Source: an uncultured Actinomycetes bacterium (GTDB lineage: Bacteria > Actinomycetota > Thermoleophilia > UBA2241). From it: a stretch of DNA of 64,000 nucleotides. Location: the NCBI GenBank assembly GCA_963755025.1, contig CAVWIH010000027.1, positions 1-64,000 of the forward strand, read 5' to 3'. Below are positions 39,346 to 49,520 of the stretch, piece after piece. The position numbers were made by a program, and so were the translations under genes. Positions within the stretch are counted from its first letter, which is position 1. Each line of letters begins with the position of its first letter. The notes below the pieces were generated by a model. It had not been told where the DNA came from, ran no database searches, and saw only the letters and a list, made by a program, of their open reading frames with translations.

Positions 39346-40638
39346 TTAGTGCAGGCTGCCGGCGACCTGGTCGACGACGCTCCAGGGCACCAGGCCGGCG
39401 ACCACGACCCGCACGTCGCCCTGGCGGAACGTCACGACCGAGCCGAGGGACGTCTGCAGCCTGACTGCGGGCGCCCCGTTGACGGTGGCCTTGCCGATCA
39501 TCGAGACCTGGCCGAGGCCCTGGGCGATCTGCGCGTCCTGGGCGGCCGTGGTGCGCGACTCGACGACCACGACCGTACCGAAGCCGGTGCCGTAGGCGAG
39601 CACCGCCGTTGGGTGCCCGGCGAAGCCGGCCACCGCGTTGCGCTGCGCCGGCGTCAGCCCGGTCGCGGGGCTCGCGGTGCTCGTGCCTTTGGTCGGCGTG
39701 ACGAACGCGCCGCGGAACTCGACGCCCGCCGGAGTCGAGGACGGCGTGAGCAGGAACGGGGCCTGCGCCTTGGCTTGCGCCAGCGTCAGCGGCCTGTGCT
39801 GCGCGGTCTTACCGGCCGTGTCGTTGCCGGTCATGCCTTTGAGAGCCGCGGGCGCCTTCACGGTCTTGTGGACGATGGTGGCGCCGCTCGGCGGCGTGAA
39901 GGTGAACAGGCTGTCGGCACTGGGTGAGAACGAGACCGTCTTGAAGCCCGCCGAGAGCACCGCCGTGGTGTCGCCCTTGGCGAAGACCTGCACCTGCAGG
40001 GGCACCCAGCGCTGCCCGTCGATGGCCACCGTCACCGAACCGACGCTGGTGAGCGACGAGGTGGGCGTGAGGGTCAGCGTGTAGGTCTGGCGACCGGCGA
40101 CGGTCGCCTGCCCGTCGACGCTCAGGGTCGCGGTGGGCGCGAGCCTGGCGATGAGCCGGGAGATGGCGGTCGCAGGGTCGAGGCTCGAGGCCGGCGACGG
40201 CGTAGGCGTCGACGAGCCGGCGTGTGCGGGCAGCGTGTACTGCGTGGCCGTCGTGGTCATCGAGTCCCAGGTCCACACGGTGGCGCCGTTGCCGACCACC
40301 ACGAAGTCGCCGTTCTGTCCCTGCGATTCGAGGCGCACTTTGCCGTCTTGCGCCCATACGCGGCCCGAGCCGCCGGTGAGCAGGCTCGACAGGCCGCCCG
40401 GGGTCTGCGTGCCGCCGAGCGACAGCAGCGACGAGCCGCCGAGCAGGCCGTTGCTCCAGGCCACGTCGCCGCTCACCGCGGTCGTGCCCTGCGCCTTGGT
40501 GGCGACGTTGTTCAGGAGGTCGGAGACGGTGATCGGCGGCAGGGTCGAGGGACTCTGGGCGGCGGCGGTGACGACGACGACCAGCGCGACGACTACGGCT
40601 GCCGCCGCGGCAAGAAGGGCGATGGTTCTGCGGCGCAT
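39346..40638 (-). CDS. Secreted LolA-fold / DUF2092-like protein
   Basis: Signal peptide; GRVWAQDGKVRL, WTWDS, VAGRQTYTLTLTP, IDGQRWVPLQVQV, FTFTPPSGA. Confidence 0.7.
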   Translation of the reverse strand: MRRRTIALLAAAAAVVVALVVVVTAAAQSPSTLPPITVSDLLNNVATKAQGTTAVSGDVAWSNGLLGGSSLLSLGGTQTPGGLSSLLTGGSGRVWAQDGKVRLESQGQNGDFVVVGNGATVWTWDSMTTTATQYTLPAHAGSSTPTPSPASSLDPATAISRLIARLAPTATLSVDGQATVAGRQTYTLTLTPTSSLTSVGSVTVAIDGQRWVPLQVQVFAKGDTTAVLSAGFKTVSFSPSADSLFTFTPPSGATIVHKTVKAPAALKGMTGNDTAGKTAQHRPLTLAQAKAQAPFLLTPSSTPAGVEFRGAFVTPTKGTSTASPATGLTPAQRNAVAGFAGHPTAVLAYGTGFGTVVVVESRTTAAQDAQIAQGLGQVSMIGKATVNGAPAVRLQTSLGSVVTFRQGDVRVVVAGLVPWSVVDQVAGSLH

Positions 40639-40739
40639 AGTGACTCCTTTGGCTCCTTGCGGTCCTCTCGGCGGCCGCGGCTCTCTCTCGGCTGCTCCCT
40701 CTTTGTTCCATCATGACGCCCCATTGGAACTTCGGCCCC

Positions 40740-42014
40740 TCAGGGCAGCGTCATCACGTACGCCTTCCAGCCCGTGTAGAAGCGGCCCCACGACTCGTGC
40801 AGGTCGCGGCGCACGACCTGTTTGACCGCCGGTCCGGTGAGCGAGCTCTGGGCGACGTCCACGCTGAAACGCCGCAGTGCGGCCTGGCCCCAGCCGGCCA
40901 GCACGTACTTCACGAGCGCGCCGCCCTCGAGGTAGGCGAGGGTCACGCGAGACATGCTGCCGCCGGCCCACAGGTCGCTCCTCGCGAAGGTGGCGAGCAG
41001 CGGCATGCTGCGATTACCGGCGGCCAGCTCGGCCCGCAGCGGCGCGTAGCTGCGGTCGCCCTCGACCGCGGTGGCCATGCCCTCGAGCAGCAGCGGCGGC
41101 GCGTGCGCGGTGTGGTAGAACCAGCGCCAGGTGAGCGTGTGGGTCACCTCGTGGGCCAGCATGTGGACGGTCCAGGGGTCGGCCGGCGGCAGGGCCGACG
41201 CCAGCACGCCGATGTCGGTGGGCGACCACAGGGTCGCCCGTGTCGTGGTGGGCAGCCGGGCGAAGAAACGCTCGCGTTCCAGGATGTGGGTCTGCCCCAG
41301 ATAGCCCGTGACCTCGGCCGCCGTCGCGTAGACAAAGACGACGATCGGACGGTCGCCGCTCACCCCCAGCAGGGCGGCGACGTCGGCCCGGGCCTGCGGC
41401 ATGTCGCCGGCAAGCTCGAGGGCGAGCGGCCGCCAGGTCGCGTCGGATACCACGACCGCACCGTCGCGCACCACGGCGCGCGGCGTGCGGAACGCCATGA
41501 AGTACTCGCTGCGCATGGCGGCCGGCGATCTGTCGCCGGCGACCCGCAGGCGGGTGCCGCTCCCGGTCACGACCAGCAGCCGTTCGGCGACGACGCGGTC
41601 GGACGGCCCGGCGCCGCCGGGACGCCCGGCGAACTTCACGTCGAAGACGCCGGCCTGCTCGTCGACTGTGCTCACCACCACATGGAGCCCGCGCCAGGGG
41701 ATCGGCGCCAGGTGGAGGTAGAGGGCGTCGAGGGCGCGTCGCGCGGCCGCGCCGTCGGCCGGCAGGGCGCGGTCCCAGGCGTGCCTGCGCCGCGCCGTGA
41801 GGGCCGGCAGGCTCGCGTCGATCCAGCGTTCCACGGCCGCCGCGCGCACCGTCGCAAGCGACGCCGCAGGCGGCGGCACGACGACGGCGTGGCGCGCGAC
41901 CGGGGCGCGGAACGCCTCGACGAAGCCGCCCACCGCGAGGGCCACAGCGACGACGACGGCCACCATCAGGAGCGGCACGCCGACGGCACGACCAGACTCC
42001 CGACGGACATCCAT
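40740..42014 (-). CDS. Membrane-anchored zincin (peptidase MA-like)
   Basis: N-terminal TM; LAHEVTH...LLEGMAT gluzincin motif; leaderless promoter TGCTACGCT-N7-ATG. Confidence 0.7.
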   Translation of the reverse strand: MDVRRESGRAVGVPLLMVAVVVAVALAVGGFVEAFRAPVARHAVVVPPPAASLATVRAAAVERWIDASLPALTARRRHAWDRALPADGAAARRALDALYLHLAPIPWRGLHVVVSTVDEQAGVFDVKFAGRPGGAGPSDRVVAERLLVVTGSGTRLRVAGDRSPAAMRSEYFMAFRTPRAVVRDGAVVVSDATWRPLALELAGDMPQARADVAALLGVSGDRPIVVFVYATAAEVTGYLGQTHILERERFFARLPTTTRATLWSPTDIGVLASALPPADPWTVHMLAHEVTHTLTWRWFYHTAHAPPLLLEGMATAVEGDRSYAPLRAELAAGNRSMPLLATFARSDLWAGGSMSRVTLAYLEGGALVKYVLAGWGQAALRRFSVDVAQSSLTGPAVKQVVRRDLHESWGRFYTGWKAYVMTLP

Positions 42015-42151
42015 ACGCTGCAGCGTAGCACCCCGGCGGCGGCGCGGCACCGCCCCGGCCATGCCCGGCCCGGCCCGCCGGCGAACCTGACGACAAGGTG
42101 AGCGCGCCGCACTGCAGAACAGAAGAGACAGGCCAGACGAAAGTTGGACCC

Positions 42152-43521
42152 ATGAAACGCCGACGCGACAAGGCCCGGGACAGGCGCGACCGTCAGGCAC
42201 ACGACGCGGCGCCTCGCACCGGCGCAGCGCCTCGTACCGGCGCGGCGACTCGTACCGGCGCGCGACTGGTACCGGCGCGCGACTCGTAACGACGCGGCTT
42301 CCGGTAGCGCGCCCGGGGGCGCGCCGGTGCGCTACCGCTCGCGGCCGGTGAAGGCTTCGGGCCGCGTGGTGGCCATGGTGGCGGCGCTCGTCGCGCTCAC
42401 CGTCGTGGCGGCCATCGCGCTGGCGACGGCGTTCTCGCCGAGGGGCGGGGGCGGCTCCGCCGCCCGCCCCCGTCGCTTCGAGCACCGCCGGGCTCGCGTC
42501 GAGCGCTTCGTCGACGCGCGTCCCTTCGAGCCCCGGAGCGTCGCCCAGGGCGGCGTCGCACGCCGGCGTGACGGTCGTCTCGGGCGGCGACACGATGGGC
42601 GACCGGGGCGTCAAGTCGTACATCGCGGCGCACGGCCCCGACGCGGTCTTCGCCGGTATCGCACCCGTCCTGCGGGCGGCCGACGCGTCCTGGGTCAACC
42701 TCGAGTCGCCGCTCACCACGATCAGCGACCCCTACCCCGGCAAAGACGTGCACTTTCAGGGCGACCCGCGCCTGGCCGCCGGCCTCGCCTTCGCCGGCGT
42801 CGACGTCGTGAACATGGCCAACAACCACGCCGTCGACCAGGGGCCGGCCGGCCTAGTCGACTCCATCCGCACGGTCGAGGCCGCCGGCATCAAGGTGGTC
42901 GGCGCGGGCAGGAACGCGAGCGCCGCCCGGCGGCCGGCCATCGTGCGGGCGAGCAACGGCGCGACCATCGGCTTTCTCGGCTGGACCGACATCATCTGGC
43001 CCGGCTTTGCCGCCGGCAGCGGCCCCGGGGTGGCCACGGGGGTCACCGACATGAGTCAGGTGACGCAGGCCATCCGCGCGCTCAAGCGACGCGTCGACTA
43101 CGTCGTCGTCTGCTTTCACTGGGGTATCGAATACACCGACACGCCGCTCGCCTCTCAGGTCTCCGAGGCGCACGCGGCGATCGATGCCGGCGCCGACCTG
43201 GTCATCGGCCACCACCCACACGTGCTGCAGGGCGTGCAGCTCTACAAGGGCCACGTCATCATCTACAGCCTGGGCGACCTGGTCTTCGATCACTACAGCC
43301 TGGCCACCGGCCAGACGGTGCTCGTCTCCGCCGCACTCTCGCCGCACGGGGTCAGCGCGACCCTCATTCCCGTCTACGCGTCGTCGGACGGCATCCCGGC
43401 AATCGTTACGGGCGCCGCCGGACGTGCCATACTGCACCACATGCAGCAGATCTCAGCACCCTTGGGCGCCCACCTGAAGATCGTCGGCGATCGCGCCTAC
43501 GTGCGCTCGTCGGGCGCGTGA
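42152..43521 (+). CDS. CapA (PGA_cap) metallophosphatase-family protein with N-terminal anchor (5' part frameshifted)
   Basis: GGDTM, NLESPL, MANNHAVDQG, FHWGIEY, IGHHPHVLQ, YSLGD; TM helix in ORF 42327; start inferred by repairing indels. Confidence 0.8.
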
Positions 43522-43534
43522 CCACAGCCCGCGC

Positions 43535-44458
43535 GTGATCCCCGTCTTCTTTCATATCGGCCCCATCACCATCTACAGCTTCGGCGTGATGGCCGCGTGC
43601 GCCCTGGTCGCCGCCTCGCTCGTCGCCTACCTCGTGCTGCGCACGCGCGGCGTGTCGTTCGAGTTCGCCTACGAGCTGCTGTTCGTGGCCGGCATCGGCG
43701 GGTTTGCCGGCGCCCGCATCTACTACCTGGCGCAGCACTGGGCGGCCGTCAAGGGCGACCTGTTCCACAACGTCTTCAGCGGCTCGGGCTTCACCTGGTA
43801 CGGCGGCCTGATCGGCGGCTTCATCTGCGTCGCGCTCTGGGCCCGTTTTCGTCACGTGCCGGTCGGCCTCATGGCCAACGCCGCCGGGCCGGCGGTGGCC
43901 GTGGGCTACGCGATCGGGCGCATCGGCTGCCTGCTTTCGGGCGACGGCGACTACGGCAGCCCCACCAAGTCGTTCATCGGCATCGCCTTCCCGCACGGCA
44001 CGGTGCCCACGCCGCCGGGCGTCAAGGTCTGGCCGACGCCGCCCATCGAGACGTTCGTCATGCTGCTCGTCGGCTGGTTCCTCTATCGCAAGGCGAAGCG
44101 CGCGCAGCCCGGCTGGTATGTGTGGGGCTGGTTCATGGTGCTGGCCGGCATCGAACGCCTGCTGATCGAGTTCATCCGCCGCAACCCGGTGGTGTTCCTG
44201 GGGCTGCGCACGACGCAGTGGGAGTCGATCGGCAGCATCGCCGCAGGCGTCGCCATCATCCTCTACACGCGAAACCGGCCGACCGTCGAGGTCTCACTCG
44301 AGGCGGCGCGCCCCGCCCGCGGCGCCAAGGGTAGCGTGGCCAAGGGCGCGGCCGGCAAGAACGCGCCGGGCAAGGGTGCGTCGGCGGCCAAGTCGGGCTC
44401 GAGCGGCGCAGCCCGGGGTGGCCGCAAGCCGGCCAAGAGCGGGCGCTCCGGCTCCTGA
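43535..44458 (+). CDS. lgt: Prolipoprotein diacylglyceryl transferase
   Basis: GARIYY, TWYGGLIGG, AIGRIGCLLSG, ERLLIEFIR. Confidence 0.88.
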   Translation: MIPVFFHIGPITIYSFGVMAACALVAASLVAYLVLRTRGVSFEFAYELLFVAGIGGFAGARIYYLAQHWAAVKGDLFHNVFSGSGFTWYGGLIGGFICVALWARFRHVPVGLMANAAGPAVAVGYAIGRIGCLLSGDGDYGSPTKSFIGIAFPHGTVPTPPGVKVWPTPPIETFVMLLVGWFLYRKAKRAQPGWYVWGWFMVLAGIERLLIEFIRRNPVVFLGLRTTQWESIGSIAAGVAIILYTRNRPTVEVSLEAARPARGAKGSVAKGAAGKNAPGKGASAAKSGSSGAARGGRKPAKSGRSGS

Positions 44459-44540
44459 TACGCCGGCCGGAGGCGCTGGGCGAGAACGACGTCGTTCGCC
44501 GCGTCAGACGTGCGGGCGCGAGTGGTAGCCCGTCCCCCAG

Positions 44541-45324
44541 TCAGGAGTGCGCCGGCACCGGCACGAGCAGCAGCGGGCAGGGGGCGTCTTCGAGCAGGCG
44601 CCGCACGAACATCGAATGCCCCGCGGCGAACACCCCGGCCCAGGCCAGCACGATCAGGTCGGCGGGCGGCGTGGTGGCCTCTTTGACGATCACCTCGGGG
44701 GGGTCGCCGACGCCCACCACGGTGCGATGACGGCCGCCTTCGGGGCAGGTCGCGAAGCGCATGGTGAACTCGTCGTGCCACGACGACCACTCGTAGTGCT
44801 CCTGGTCGACCATGCGGGGCGCCGGCAGGCTGCCGGGCTCGTCGGGCATGTCGGCCGTGCCCACGTGCACCACGACGATCTCGCGGCCGCGCCCGCAGAA
44901 GGCTTCGTCGGTCACGCGCATGGCTTCGGAGCTCGAGGGGCTGCCGTCGAGCGGCACCACGATGCGGCGCAGCGTCGAGATGGGACGCATACCGGGGCGC
45001 ACGACGAACAGCGTCTGCGGCGCGCGGGCGAGCAGGGCGTCGGCCAGCGGGCCGACGCCCTGCTCGCCCGCGCGCCGCAGGGCAAAGACCCACCACGTCC
45101 TCGTCGCCGGCGGCGGCGAGCACCGCGGCCACCGGGTCGCCGTGCGCCTCCTCGACCATGGTGTTGGTCGTCAGGCGGGCGGGCAGCTCGAGGTCGGGGG
45201 CGGCGTCGTCGGCCCTGACGTGCAGCCCGCGCACCGGCCAGCCGCTCACGTGCGACAGGGCGCGCGCCGAGACCAGCAGCTCCTCGCTCTCGGGGCCGGG
45301 GTCGAGCATGATGAGCAGGTTCAT
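44541..45324 (-). CDS. Tandem universal stress protein (frameshift near 45085)
   Basis: GDPVAAVL; RIVVPLDGSPSS; GDPPEVIV...ADLIVLAW...LLEDAPCPLLLVP; start overlaps the GH65 stop. Confidence 0.75.
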
Positions 45325-48300
45325 GGGCGCTCCTCCCAGGTCCCTCGCAGACTCTTGCGAAAGTGGTGGTCGCCGAGCGCGAGATGGCGCTTGCGCCGCC
45401 CGACCACGACGGTCGCCGCGATGTCGCCGACCGTGATGCGCAGCTCGCCGCCCTGGGCCGCGACCTGAAAGCGCGAGCCGCGAAAGCGCACCGTGTACGA
45501 GAACGAGGTCCAGTCGTCGGGCAGGTGAGGGTCGATGACGAGCGTCTCGTCGTCGCGCCGCACGCCGCCGAAACCCATGACCGCCGCTTGCCACAAGCCG
45601 CCCATGGTCGCCATGTGCAGGCCGCGAGCGGCGTTGCCCATGTTGTCGGAGAGGTCGATGTCGGAGGCCATGTGGAAGGCCTCGGCGGCGAGCTTGATGT
45701 CGCCCAGGCGCGCCGCCAGGGCGGCGTGGATGCCCGGCGACAGTGAGCTGCCGTGGCTGGTGATGGGCTCGTAGTAGCGCAGGTTGGCGAGGGCGGCGTC
45801 GGCGGGGATCTCGTTGGACAGCACGTAGCAGAGCATCACGACGTCGGCCTGCTTGACCACCTTGGCGTTGAGGGTCACCTCGCGGCCGAGCAGCAGGTCG
45901 GCCGCCATGGGGCGCGCGGCCAGAGCCGCCGGGTCGACGTCGTCCATCTCGTAGAACCCCGCGAACTGCTCGTAGAGCTTGGTGTGCGGGTCGTAGCCGT
46001 CGACCAGCGCGTCGGCCACGTTGCGCCAGTGGACGAGCTCGCCGGCCGTCAGGCCTATGCGCTCGGCGAGCGCCGCCGCCCTGTCGGGGGCGCGCTCGGT
46101 GAGCCACGGAAAGGCGTCGAGGGCGCGCTCGATGTTGTAGCGCGCGAGCACGTTGGTGTAGGCGTTGTCGTCGACGCCCTCGTGGTATTCGTCGGGCCCC
46201 ACGACGACCGAGATGTGAAAGCGGCCGAGCTCGTCGCGGCTCGCTCGCGACGCCCAGAAGCGAGCAGTCTCCAGGAGCAACTCCACGCCCATGCGCTCCA
46301 TGAACTCGTCGTCGCCGGTGCACTTCCAGTACTCCCACACGGCCCAGCCCACGTCGGCCGAGATGTGGTGCTCGAGCAGGCCGGAGAGGATGGGGATCAT
46401 CTCGCCGTGCGGCCCTATGCCGTAGGGCGGCGTGGTCTCGATGCCCTTGTCGGCCGACTCCCAGGGGAACAGCGCGCCCTTGAAGCCCATGTCGCGAGCC
46501 TTGCGCCGGGCGCCGTCGAGGTTGCGAAAGCGATAGGTGAGCAGGGTGCGCGCGGTCTCGGGGTGGGTGTAGATGAAGAACGGCACGACGAAGATCTCGG
46601 TGTCCCAGAAGACGTGGTTGAAGTACGACATGCCCGACAGGCCGCGAGCGCCCACCGAGACGGTCTCCTTGGTGGGGTGGGCCGTCGACATCATGTGATA
46701 CATGGAGAAGCGCAGGGCGAGCTCGGCGTGCGCGTCGCCGCCGATCGACACCGCGGCGTCGTTCCAGCGCTCGCGCCAGGCCGCGACGTGGCGCCGCAGA
46801 AGCTCGTCGAAACCGGCGGTCTCGGCCTTTTCGAGCACGTTCAAGGCGGCCGTCGTGGCCGGCGGCCGGCTCGGCGAGGAGACCACGGCCGCTATGCGGT
46901 CGATGGTCGCGGGTTCGTTGCAGTCGAGGCGACCGCCGATCACGTCGCGCGACTGCTCGAGGTAGCGCGCCACGGGCGAACCCGACGCCGGCCTGGTCGA
47001 GACCGCCAGCACGTGGCCGCCGCCCTTGCGCCCCTTGGTGCGCGCCACGAAGCCGCTGCCGTTGAGCGTGGTGAGCGAGGCGTCGTAGACCGGACCGCCG
47101 GCGTGCGAGACGCCCACACAGGCCTCCCAGACGAGACGTCCGCAGAAGTCTTCGGGGCTCGCCTCGGCGCGCAGCACCATGATCGAACGGTCGGCCAGCG
47201 AGGCGAAGCGCGCCGTGCGCACGCGCACCGTGCGGCCCACGCGGTCGCGCTGCCGCCAGTAGCGAAAGACGATGCCCTGACTCATGTCGAGCACGCGGCG
47301 GTGCTCGATGATCTCGCCGTTGGTCAGGTTCAACGGCATGCCTTCGACCAGCAGCCGCACGCAGAGCCAGTCGGGCGCCATGACCGGCTGGCGTATGTGC
47401 AGCTCGCCGGTGTCGTCGCCGAAGACGCCGGCTACGAAGGTCGCCGGCGTGGATGCCGGCGAGCCCTCTTCGAGCGAGCCGCGCGTGCCGGTCTCGCCGT
47501 TGGCCACGGTCAGCCAGGTCTCGACCTCGCGCTCGCGGAAGGGGTCGAAGCCCTCGACCTGGAACAGCCAGTCGCGGTCGGTGCTGGGCGACGGAAAGCT
47601 TTCGAGCACGCGCGCCTCGCGCAGGGCGATCTGCTCGTCGAGCAGCTCGAGCACGGCGGCATGGCCGCCGCCCACGCGCTGCACGTTGCGTGCCGCGCCG
47701 TCGCGTTCGGCGCCCACCGAGGCGAACGCGGCGCCGTGCAGCTCGGGGATCATGAGGCGGCGAGCGGCGCCGCCGGCGCCGCCGTCGAGGCCGAAGTCGG
47801 CGCCCACGACGAGCACCTCGCGGGCGTCGTAGTCGCGGTACCGCACGATCCACTGCAACAGCCAGCGCATGCTGTCGGCGAAGTCGGTGAGGGCGAAGTC
47901 GAGGCGGCCGTCGCGCCAGCTCACGCAGGGGCGCGGCACGCCGGCGGAGTGCGCGAGGCCGCCGGCCAGCTCGACCAGATCGCTCCAGCCGCCGATACCG
48001 GCGTCGATGAGACGCTCCAGCAGGTCGTCGGCCGGCGGCCGCCCCAGTACGAGGCTGTGGCGGTGGCGGCCGCTCCCGACCCTGCTCGGCACACCTTTCG
48101 CGTCCAGAGCGTCGCGCACCGCGGCGACCGCGGCGCCGAGCTGCGCGTCTTCGTCGGCGGTCATGAGGCGGCGGTCGATCAGGCGCGGTCCGGCGGGCCC
48201 CAGCACATAGGCCTCGGCGCCGTCGGAGAGCAGCAGGAACAAGCGACCCTCGACGTCGGGGCGCGCGTAGAGGCGGGGATCGACGGCGTCGATCCCCGCC

Positions 48301-48476
48301 CGCGCGACCAGCGCGACGTCGACGCCGAGCGAGGTCAGCCGCTCGACGCGGGCGCGCAGCTCGACGGGGGCGGCGGCGGCGCCCTCGGGCGCCGCCGCCG
48401 CCCACTCCAGGCAGAGCACGCGAAAGGCGCGTCCCAGATGGGTCTTCGTGGGAAGAGTGGCAGCCGGCAGTTGCAT
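45321..48476 (-). CDS. GH65 disaccharide phosphorylase (trehalose/kojibiose/maltose family) with N-terminal degenerate HAD-like domain
   Basis: TVANGETGTRG, ARGLSG...HVFWDTE, GALFPWESA, HISAD, GPDEYHE, KQADV, HGSSLS. Confidence 0.9.
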   Translation of the reverse strand: MQLPAATLPTKTHLGRAFRVLCLEWAAAAPEGAAAAPVELRARVERLTSLGVDVALVARAGIDAVDPRLYARPDVEGRLFLLLSDGAEAYVLGPAGPRLIDRRLMTADEDAQLGAAVAAVRDALDAKGVPSRVGSGRHRHSLVLGRPPADDLLERLIDAGIGGWSDLVELAGGLAHSAGVPRPCVSWRDGRLDFALTDFADSMRWLLQWIVRYRDYDAREVLVVGADFGLDGGAGGAARRLMIPELHGAAFASVGAERDGAARNVQRVGGGHAAVLELLDEQIALREARVLESFPSPSTDRDWLFQVEGFDPFREREVETWLTVANGETGTRGSLEEGSPASTPATFVAGVFGDDTGELHIRQPVMAPDWLCVRLLVEGMPLNLTNGEIIEHRRVLDMSQGIVFRYWRQRDRVGRTVRVRTARFASLADRSIMVLRAEASPEDFCGRLVWEACVGVSHAGGPVYDASLTTLNGSGFVARTKGRKGGGHVLAVSTRPASGSPVARYLEQSRDVIGGRLDCNEPATIDRIAAVVSSPSRPPATTAALNVLEKAETAGFDELLRRHVAAWRERWNDAAVSIGGDAHAELALRFSMYHMMSTAHPTKETVSVGARGLSGMSYFNHVFWDTEIFVVPFFIYTHPETARTLLTYRFRNLDGARRKARDMGFKGALFPWESADKGIETTPPYGIGPHGEMIPILSGLLEHHISADVGWAVWEYWKCTGDDEFMERMGVELLLETARFWASRASRDELGRFHISVVVGPDEYHEGVDDNAYTNVLARYNIERALDAFPWLTERAPDRAAALAERIGLTAGELVHWRNVADALVDGYDPHTKLYEQFAGFYEMDDVDPAALAARPMAADLLLGREVTLNAKVVKQADVVMLCYVLSNEIPADAALANLRYYEPITSHGSSLSPGIHAALAARLGDIKLAAEAFHMASDIDLSDNMGNAARGLHMATMGGLWQAAVMGFGGVRRDDETLVIDPHLPDDWTSFSYTVRFRGSRFQVAAQGGELRITVGDIAATVVVGRRKRHLALGDHHFRKSLRGTWEERP

Positions 48477-48710
48477 CGTCTCGGTGGTCGCAGGTTCGGG
48501 CGAGTCATTCCCGCCCCTCGCCTATCGTACGCTACCGTCTTGCCGGCGATGCTTACGAGGGCGGTGCGGTGCGGCCGCCGTCGGCCGGGTAAGGGCGACT
48601 CGAGCCGCCCTGCGCCGCGCACGAAGCGAGCCGAACGCGGAGATCTGATGAAGCATGCCGCGACGCGAGGGCGCGGGCTCCGCGAATGTTTGAGACGGCG
48701 CATAGGCGGG

Positions 48711-48754
48711 CCACAGAGAGTTCTCAGCATCTCCACAGCAAACGGCCGTACACT
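48711..48754 (+). promoter_or_regulatory. OmpR/PhoP-type direct repeats plus -10 element
   Basis: CCACAG (48711), TCTCAG (48722), CCACAG (48733) at 11-bp period; TACACT at 48749. Confidence 0.6.
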
Positions 48755-48818
48755 GCCTGCAGGCACACCTGTCGCGCGGTCGCGGTCGCGCGCGTGGCGG
48801 CAACGAGGAGGCGCACCT

Positions 48819-49511
48819 TTGAGCGAACATCCCAAGGTCCTGGTCGTCGACGACGAAGAGAGCCTCACCGACCTGATCGGCCTCGCCCTGCGCTACGAAC
48901 AGTTCGAGGTCGACGTCGCCCACACGGCCAAGGCGGCGCTCGCCGCCCTGCCCGCCTTTCGCCCCGACCTCGTCGTGCTCGACGTCATGCTGCCCGACAC
49001 CGACGGCTTCGAGGTGGCGCGGCGCATCGCCGCCGAATCGCCCTCGACGCCGGTGCTGTTCCTCACCGCCCGCGACGGCACCGAAGACAAGGTGCGCGGC
49101 CTCACGCTCGGCGGCGACGACTACATGACCAAGCCCTTCAGCCTCGAGGAACTGGTCGCCCGCATCCGCGCCATCCTGCGACGCACGCAGCGCGACGGCG
49201 GCGCCCACGAGCGGCTCGTCTACTCCGACCTCGAGATGGACGAAGACACCTACGAGGTGCGCCGCGCCGGCACGCGCGTCGAGCTCACGGCCACCGAGTA
49301 CAAGCTGCTGCGCTACCTCATGCTCAACCGCCGCCGTGTGCTGTCCAAGTCGCAGATCCTCGACCACGTCTGGAACTACGACTTCGCCGGCGACGCCAAC
49401 GTCGTCGAGATCTACATCAGTTACCTGCGCAAGAAGCTCGACCCCACGGGCCCGCCGCTCATCCACACGGTGCGCGGCTTCGGCTACTGCCTGCGCGACG
49501 CGCGGGACTGA
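48819..49511 (+). CDS. OmpR/PhoP-family response regulator
   Basis: VLVVDDE, LDVMLP, FLTARD, DYMTKPF, winged helix (VEIYISYLRKK, TVRGFGY); GAGGAGG RBS with TTG start. Confidence 0.93.
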   Translation: MSEHPKVLVVDDEESLTDLIGLALRYEQFEVDVAHTAKAALAALPAFRPDLVVLDVMLPDTDGFEVARRIAAESPSTPVLFLTARDGTEDKVRGLTLGGDDYMTKPFSLEELVARIRAILRRTQRDGGAHERLVYSDLEMDEDTYEVRRAGTRVELTATEYKLLRYLMLNRRRVLSKSQILDHVWNYDFAGDANVVEIYISYLRKKLDPTGPPLIHTVRGFGYCLRDARD

Positions 49512-49520
49512 CGAGCGCCC

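Noticed and set aside
44263-49511. Very long alternative-frame ORFs (1380 aa, 1252 aa; also 24716..27544, 28382..31096 and others)
   Set aside because: Shadow ORFs caused by high GC and codon bias, overlapping well-supported genes, with Arg/Pro/Gly-rich translations that match no family. Only their ends coincide with real genes (usp, response regulator).
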